Shown here in pieces: positions 61,191-64,000 of a DNA stretch of 64,000 bases. The DNA lies in the NCBI GenBank assembly GCA_963663805.2, contig CAXXMR010000013.1, forward strand, positions 128,001-192,000, written 5' to 3'. Source of the stretch: Sedimentisphaerales bacterium (GTDB lineage Bacteria > Planctomycetota > Phycisphaerae > Sedimentisphaerales > SM23-30). The notes under the pieces are model-generated. The model saw nothing but the letters and a program-made list of their open reading frames with translations. It ran no database searches and was not told the DNA's origin. Numbering within the stretch: the stretch's first letter is position 1; the number at the start of each line of letters is the position of its first letter. The translations under genes were made by a program, and so were the position numbers.

Positions 61191-64000
61191 TCACGGATTT
61201 TCTATCTGCCACACCTGCACAAATGCGGACCAGTCGAACATGTCTATTATACCATCATGGGCGATGTCAGCATCACCACAATAGTCGTTTGTTACATCGC
61301 ATGGTCCTTCTAGCCAATAGGCAGCAAGAATAGTCAAGTCAGTCAGATCAGTCATATCATCGTCGTTGAAGTCCCCTGGCATTGACAAGTCATCAGCCAG
61401 TTTCCACATCCATCCTTCAGCCAATATGGCCAAGTCAATAGTATCCACCCTGCCATCCTGATTCAGGTCGCTATTGTCACAGGTTTCAGATTCTTCACAG
61501 TTAGTTGCTTGCCAGTGTTGTGCAAGAACGACAAAGTCGGCTAAATCAACCTGACCGCTGCCGTCAATATCTGGAGCAAGTGTGGCTCTCGCAAATCGTA
61601 AGCTGGCTATATCGACCTGTGCTCCACCATCACCACTGCCGCGAAGGGCGATACAGAGCTCAACTGTTTGGCCGGCGTATTGACCGATGTAAGCTGAATA
61701 TCTGTTAATCTCGCCGACAGTCTGGGTACTAGCGTCCACAACCATGATTATCTCATCGTAAATTGATACGGTAAGAATATCACCGACATTTGAAGTGTCA
61801 AAGGTCAGCTCTAGCTCCAGTTGCTCTGAATATTCTGGGATGTCCATCGTGCGAAAGATATAAGCTGGTGCGTTTTCAGCAACAGTTTCGAGAGTGTTTA
61901 TAGTGGCAACAGCTGAAAGCAATTCCGGTTCTGTCAAGCGGATAAAACCAGTAATTGAGCTTGGCAAACCTATTTGACGAATCACTTCGGCTTGCTGCCC
62001 AAACCAATCGTAAGCTTCATCAAGCTGATTTTTACTTACTGTAGCCATATGTGAAAGAACGTCATTGAATGTGGCTTGCTGTTGCTTTATACACCCTTCG
62101 CTAGAAGACAATTCAATATAATCATCGGTCGGCATATCTTCGGGCCAGTTTCCACCACCTTGATTGACAGCATAAGACCAGCCGAAACCGTAGCGTTCAG
62201 TATTGCAACCTGTAGCCGAAGGACTGACAGAAGCCAGGTACCATGCTAAGGTATCGGAATGTAATAACATCGTAGCGTTATCTGGATTGAGCTCAAGATT
62301 CAACAAGTTGTTATAGCTGCCACGTTTAGGGCCTCCCGCCGCTCCTTTCCACCAATGAGTCAAGCTATTGTAGTAGATGACTTCGACACGCTCAGCCAAA
62401 CCTGCACTTACGTTGCTTACTGCGTAAGGGTAGATAAGAGCAGGTGTGTCCAGCGTGGTTAGTTGGCGGATCGGGATCCCGGACTGCTGGCGAAGGATTT
62501 CGGCAGCCTTGGCAGAAACCACGCCGCCGAAACTATGGCCGATCATATGGATGTCATATGTATCCGGCAAGATACCTAGACGAGCTAGTTCCTCCCCAAG
62601 TAGTGCCCCGTGCAGTTTGGCATTGCTATAGGTATGGCTGACTTCTATCGGTAGCCAAGTACCACCCGTCATCATGCAAATTCGCTTATTTGGTTGTAAG
62701 CAAGTTAGCAATGAAGCGAAATCCCACTCCGGTCCTTTACCATTCGGATTGGCATCACTTACCGCATAAGCCCCATCGCCCCAGTCCCAGCCGACAATGA
62801 GTGCACCAGAATACTGTCCTGCAATAACATTGGCGATGGATTTCATATATCCTTCCAAACTATCATTCCAACCGTGGTTTATAACAAAAACTAATTCGCC
62901 AGCAGGACATGTTAAATTAGCATCTATCCATTGGTCACCGGCACGGTCATACTGTCGAAGACGAGAATCTGGCATCGCAACCAGGCTAGTTTCCTTCACA
63001 ACCGGTCCCCATGGTGAAGCTAAGAATGGAATGTAATCAACAATCGGGCGTTGTGGATCATCTCTCTGGTCTGTGATCCTCGCTTCAATCATCGCCGGAA
63101 TAATACTTCCCCAATAATTGTTGGTAAGATCAATGGTTGTGGATGGGTCACCGTAGACATAGACATTGCTAAAAGCAAAATTATTGTATGACATCTCTAT
63201 TCCTGAAAAAAAACTTATCTTAGTAGGTCCCATTACACATCCCTTGAGTTTCCCACTTGATCCGGCATTATAGGAGTGATAATTGTCCGAACCGGTAAAA
63301 GTACAATCCGTCAGGTTTGTCTCCCCGCCTTCATAAGTTATAAGCTCTAAAGAATGGTAGGTATCAGAAGCAGAAAAACTGACTCCAGTTGCCGTAAATT
63401 GACCAGACACTAGAATGTCCCAACCTTGCGGCTGCCAACTTTGATTATGATACTCACTGCAAATCTCAACACCAGGCAATAAGACAAGTTGCGCTTCCGC
63501 GGCAACTGTCAAATTACCTTTCAAGTGATACGATCCAATACCGTCAATATTATCCAGTTCTTTTAAGCCATTTAAAATCCCAGAAATTTGAATGTAAGAG
63601 TCGCTCGAATCAAAACTATTGTTAGAAAAACCCGTAGTGCTTGCATCAGGATCATTGATGCGAATTGCAATAGTGTCAGAAAATGTATTATTCTGTACAA
63701 TAGGAATGATGTCAGAACCAGAAAGAGTGATCCAGCCAATTGTACTGCCGGAAACTGAACCTGAACCTGAAAACGTTATAGATGTAATTTCACTGTCATT
63801 TTGAACGGCAACTTGATCGCTAGCCACATCTAGACTCCAAGTGCCGTCGCAATTGTCAATGACCCCACTTGATCCGGCATTATAGGAGTGATAATTGTCC
63901 GAACCAGTAAAAGTACAATCCGTCAGGTTTGTCTCTCCACCATCATAAGTTATAAGCTCTAAAGAATGGTAGGTATCAGAAGCAGAAAAACTGACTCCAG
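61191..64000 (-). CDS. large extracellular protein (beta-helix repeats, lipase-like alpha/beta hydrolase, dockerin/EF-hand-like tail); 5' end lies beyond the window
   Basis: NNYWG, INHGW, IGHSFG, TLDTP, DIDGSGQVDLADF, DLNQDGRVD, GDFNDD. The frame remains open to base 64000. Confidence 0.8.
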   Translation of the reverse strand, partial: GVSFSASDTYHSLELITYDGGETNLTDCTFTGSDNYHSYNAGSSGVIDNCDGTWSLDVASDQVAVQNDSEITSITFSGSGSVSGSTIGWITLSGSDIIPIVQNNTFSDTIAIRINDPDASTTGFSNNSFDSSDSYIQISGILNGLKELDNIDGIGSYHLKGNLTVAAEAQLVLLPGVEICSEYHNQSWQPQGWDILVSGQFTATGVSFSASDTYHSLELITYEGGETNLTDCTFTGSDNYHSYNAGSSGKLKGCVMGPTKISFFSGIEMSYNNFAFSNVYVYGDPSTTIDLTNNYWGSIIPAMIEARITDQRDDPQRPIVDYIPFLASPWGPVVKETSLVAMPDSRLRQYDRAGDQWIDANLTCPAGELVFVINHGWNDSLEGYMKSIANVIAGQYSGALIVGWDWGDGAYAVSDANPNGKGPEWDFASLLTCLQPNKRICMMTGGTWLPIEVSHTYSNAKLHGALLGEELARLGILPDTYDIHMIGHSFGGVVSAKAAEILRQQSGIPIRQLTTLDTPALIYPYAVSNVSAGLAERVEVIYYNSLTHWWKGAAGGPKRGSYNNLLNLELNPDNATMLLHSDTLAWYLASVSPSATGCNTERYGFGWSYAVNQGGGNWPEDMPTDDYIELSSSEGCIKQQQATFNDVLSHMATVSKNQLDEAYDWFGQQAEVIRQIGLPSSITGFIRLTEPELLSAVATINTLETVAENAPAYIFRTMDIPEYSEQLELELTFDTSNVGDILTVSIYDEIIMVVDASTQTVGEINRYSAYIGQYAGQTVELCIALRGSGDGGAQVDIASLRFARATLAPDIDGSGQVDLADFVVLAQHWQATNCEESETCDNSDLNQDGRVDTIDLAILAEGWMWKLADDLSMPGDFNDDDMTDLTDLTILAAYWLEGPCDVTNDYCGDADIAHDGIIDMFDWSAFVQVWQIENP
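63252..64000. repeat. near-identical direct repeat, 63252..63388 and 63864..64000 (612-bp period)
   Basis: Both copies encode GVSFSASDTYHSLELITYxGGETNLTDCTFTGSDNYHSYNAGSSG. Confidence 0.9.

Overview
IS-riddled bacterial accessory region, almost all on the minus strand, with no rRNA, tRNA or CRISPR array seen. Dockerin/EF-hand-like C-terminal modules and other motifs suggest a Planctomycetota (Phycisphaerae-like) host (inference). Four blocks stand out. (1) 1.7-22.7 kb: a mosaic biosynthetic cluster with six radical SAM enzymes (three with B12-binding-type N-termini), a 500-aa QueC-like ATPase, amidohydrolase, agmatinase, a broken SpeD-SpeE gene, FdtA plus two DegT aminotransferases, GT2/GT4, SDR, PIG-L deacetylase and HD hydrolase. 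(2) 25-40.9 kb: a divergent RtcB, a PcfJ-like protein, and an operon joining secreted/lipoproteins and an ExbB/ExbD/TonB-like set to a soluble FtsK-type ATPase. (3) 41-51.2 kb, the best candidate for an undescribed system: a sigma54-controlled operon of Liv-type ABC importer, stand-alone AlaRS catalytic-domain paralog with altered substrate pocket, soluble atypical histidine kinase and receiver-AAA+ enhancer-binding protein. It is divergent from a sigma54-driven Cys-rich triple-repeat protein. (4) 55.8-64 kb: a NACHT-HEAT (NLR-like) gene split by an IS, and the 3' part of a large surface protein. All calls rest on motif recognition by eye; no searches were run.
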